A DNA stretch of 9,661 nt, taken from NCBI GenBank assembly GCA_020184695.1, contig JAANOX010000163.1, positions 1 to 9,661 of the forward strand. The letters are read 5' to 3'. Below are positions 7,343 to 9,661 of the stretch, one piece after another; the stretch's first letter is position 1, and each line of letters opens with the position of its first letter. The position numbers were made by a program, and so were the translations under genes. The stretch is from Histomonas meleagridis 2922-C6/04-290x (taxonomy: Eukaryota > Protista > Parabasalia). The notes below the pieces were generated by a model. The model had not been told where the DNA came from and did not search any database. It saw nothing but the letters and a program-made list of their open reading frames with translations.

Positions 7343-7613
7343 TTAACACACAATATAAGTTTGACCTCCATAAATAACTGTTGGTATGTTATCAGGTTTT
7401 ATTAAATAAGCTATATGACGAGATATTTTAATTCCAGTTTCTTTTTCAAAAGCTTCTCTTAAAAAATTCAATTGTGAACGTTTTGGAATTGTTTTTAAAA
7501 TTTCTTTTTATATCATCTCGCATTAGAAAATCAATATACAATCTTTTTTGATTTTTTGTTAATCTATGTTTTTTTTTTTTTTTTTTGTTATTAATATCAT
7601 TAATGGTTTCCAT
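7343..7613 (-). pseudogene. ~89-aa basic HTH-like protein interrupted by one extra base in the T5 run at 7505-7509; not in the ORF track
   Basis: Manual translation: METINDINNKKKKKKHRLTKNQKRLYIDFLMRDDIK / EILKTIPKRSQLNFLREAFEKETGIKISRHIAYLIKPDNIPTVIYGGQTYIVC*. TAAATG start context. The span of 271 nt is 90 codons + 1. Similar to ORF 4644-4940. Confidence 0.65.
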
Positions 7614-7703
7614 TTATTAGTCGTAAAAATATTAAAAATATGTTTTGTAATTAAGCTTAGTTTTAATGTTGTAATTACTTTTTTTAGCAGCATTAAAAAG
7701 AAT

Positions 7704-9661
7704 ATGAATAACGATACATTCATTGGTGATAAAATAACTTTGCGTAATTATGAAAAACACGATGGCGTAAAGATCGGAAAAAGAACCGGAGAAGCTTTAC
7801 TTGCTAATTTATCGCCGTACGCGATTGTTGATATAGACGTTAAATGTGAACAAGAAGAAGTTTTGAAATCTTTTAATTCTAAAGCTTTTAATAAGTGTAA
7901 AATTGTAAAAACTGCGTCAGGAGGAATTCATATTTATAGTTTTTGGGATCAATCGATGTCTTTAAATAAGAATAGATTTATTAAATGCTTCAGTTGTGAA
8001 TTGTTCGATGTTGATTTATTCGTTCCGATAGATAGAGAGAAACGATCGATAGTAGTATTACCGGGAAGTAAAGCAAAGAATCACGATGGAGTTATTGGTG
8101 AGTATATATTAATAAACGATTGCAATAATGATGAATTAATGACTTTCAACGATTTAAAAAATATACTTTTTGATGAGATTGGAATTGATTTTGAAAGTTT
8201 GATTGAGAAACAAAACGAAAAAGTTACTGTTTTTAATGAAGAATTGAATTTTAATGAAGAATTATTTGAAGAAGAAACAGAAGAAAGAAATCCAGAGAAT
8301 GAATTAAAATTATTTAATGCTTTAGTTAATGGTTTTAAAAATCTTGAAATCCACAACGACTGCAATAAATCAGTAGATCAAGAAATTTCTCTGCTTCCTG
8401 TAATTTGCGGTTTTAATTCTTTTGAAAGTGAAACAATCAATCGCGATTTAATAAACGATGCGTTTATGAAAATTTATGAAACAGCTGATTTAACAGTTAA
8501 TGCTAAAAATAAATTCTTTGAACAAATAGCAAGAAATAGAAATAAAAAATCTAAACATCATGGCGTGTTATTAAAGATATTAAAAATTCATAATAATGAT
8601 TATTATAATAAATTTATATTGCCGTTAATTAAAAAAAATAATGTTTCTAAAGATGAGTTTTTAAATTCTAAATACTGTTTTTCTGATTATTTGAAAGAAA
8701 TGATTAGTTTTTCAACAGTTGATGACTATATAAATAACCTTATAAAATGTTTGGCGTTCACTGATTGGGGAGATTATATAATGAAAGTTTTCAATGATGG
8801 AAAAATTGATTTTCAAATTTTAGATTCAAAATCACTTCAGAATTATTTCAATTTTGACATCACACTGCCAACAACAAACGAAGAAAAAGAACTGATGCGT
8901 AAAAGGCATAAAAAGATTTCAGACACAAAAACTATATCTTTGTTTAAAAGAAATTACGAAACGTTAAGAATAGAGATAGATTCAAAAGTTTTGTGAGGTT
9001 TGAAGTTATTGGAGATGATGACAAAATTTTCTCTCTCTTTAGAGCTCCCTCAATCACAATGAGTTATACCTCAATAGAAGATAAACCTGATCTTATTAGT
9101 AAATGGATTAGATTGATTGAAGATCAACTTTTTGATGATGAAGCAATAAAAGCTTTTCATCATCTACTTAAAATAGCAGCTTTTACTTTAAAGTTTCGTA
9201 AAAAAGCTCCAGTATTCTTTATTAAATATTCTTCAACCGGAAATTCTGGAAAAACATATATCGACAATTCATTCAAAAAACTTTATGGTAATTTTGCCTT
9301 AGTCGGAATAAATGAACTACAACTAAGTGAGAAGCACAACGGTGGTTTTGCCAAAAAGCTTTATCGTTCTTATGATGAGTTTTCAACTGATAATTATTCA
9401 AATAAAACAACTAATAATATCATCAAACGATTGACTAATAATTCACAAACGGTGCGATCGATGAATCGTGATACACGCCAAGAAAATGATTTTGCCATCG
9501 ACGTATTAAACACAAATCACGCGGATTTATACGGTATGTTGAATTCAGGAGATCAAGCCTTGCTGTCAAGATTTTGTATAATTAGATTTAAAGAAAGAAG
9601 CATTTTTGAATCAGAATTTGTTAAGGATAAAGATGTTATTGACAACATTAATTTTACACAC
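7704..9661 (+). CDS. AEP/Prim-Pol primase-polymerase fused to SF3 (D5-like) helicase; frameshift near 8943-8949; 3' end beyond window (>650 aa if joined)
   Basis: AEP motifs: I (IVDID, 7824-7838), II (KTASGGIH, 7908-7931), putative III (DVDLF) and VVLPGS. A second frame is open from 8948 to 9661 (238 codons, no stop) with Walker A STGNSGKT (9233-9256), Walker B YDE (9371-9379), motif C VLNTN (9503-9517) and arginine finger ALLSRF (R at 9569). The start at ATG 7704 is preferred over 7566, whose N-terminus is the antisense of gene 7343-7613. Confidence 0.88.

Larger units (their letters stand above)
1..9661. mobile_element. Segment of a virus/plasmid-like selfish replicon (candidate endogenous viral element or self-replicating element of an AT-rich eukaryote); ends not visible in window
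   Basis: Prim-Pol + SF3 helicase, HNH endonuclease, KilA-N fragment and small HTH-like genes co-occur, all typical of large DNA virus/Polinton-type mobilomes. No housekeeping genes, no SD sites, repeat-rich intergenic DNA. No capsid, pPolB or integrase gene is seen, so the class is unresolved. Confidence 0.6.

Noticed and set aside
7566-7703. N-terminal extension MFFFFFFV... of the primase ORF
   Set aside because: It is mostly the antisense of the Lys6-containing gene 7343-7613 and the divergent intergenic gap. ATG 7704 is the plausible start.
8081-8365. 94-aa minus-strand ORF
   Set aside because: Antisense shadow of the primase gene; Ser/Phe/Leu-rich, mirroring Glu/Lys codons.
1-9661. Definite assignment as Maverick/Polinton, integron or a specific host species
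   Set aside because: No pPolB, integrase, capsid, packaging ATPase, tyrosine recombinase or attC-like sites are in the window. The resemblance to parabasalid families is from memory and was not verified by a search.

Overview
Very AT-rich window (roughly three-quarters A+T by eye) that looks like part of a eukaryote-associated virus-, plasmid- or transposon-like replicon rather than ordinary bacterial chromosome. None of the ATGs has a Shine-Dalgarno site, and most sit in a T-tract...TA(T)AAA(A)TG context. Short genes alternate with intergenic DNA built from a small, shuffled set of repeat modules. Coding content: (1) a KilA-N-like gene fragment; (2) an acidic protein carrying the same C-terminal domain as the HNH nuclease but no nuclease domain, in the loop of a long imperfect inverted repeat; (3) a NUMOD4-like/HNH endonuclease; (4) two small, probably paralogous HTH-like proteins, one missed by the ORF track; (5) an orphan ORF; (6) an AEP (Prim-Pol) primase fused to an SF3/D5-like helicase that runs off the window end, with the helicase half missed by the ORF track. 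Three genes are each broken by a single-base indel in a homopolymer run. One core motif, TGAT(T)GTGTCGA(A/G)AGTTCTT, is reused in arrays with 39-, 40- and 55-bp periods. The largest array (19 x ~55 bp) lies next to the HTH-like gene and primase-helicase, suggesting an iteron-like or homologous-region-like origin. The KilA-N and HNH sequences resemble, from memory, families expanded in parabasalids such as Trichomonas, but the host assignment is inference only.
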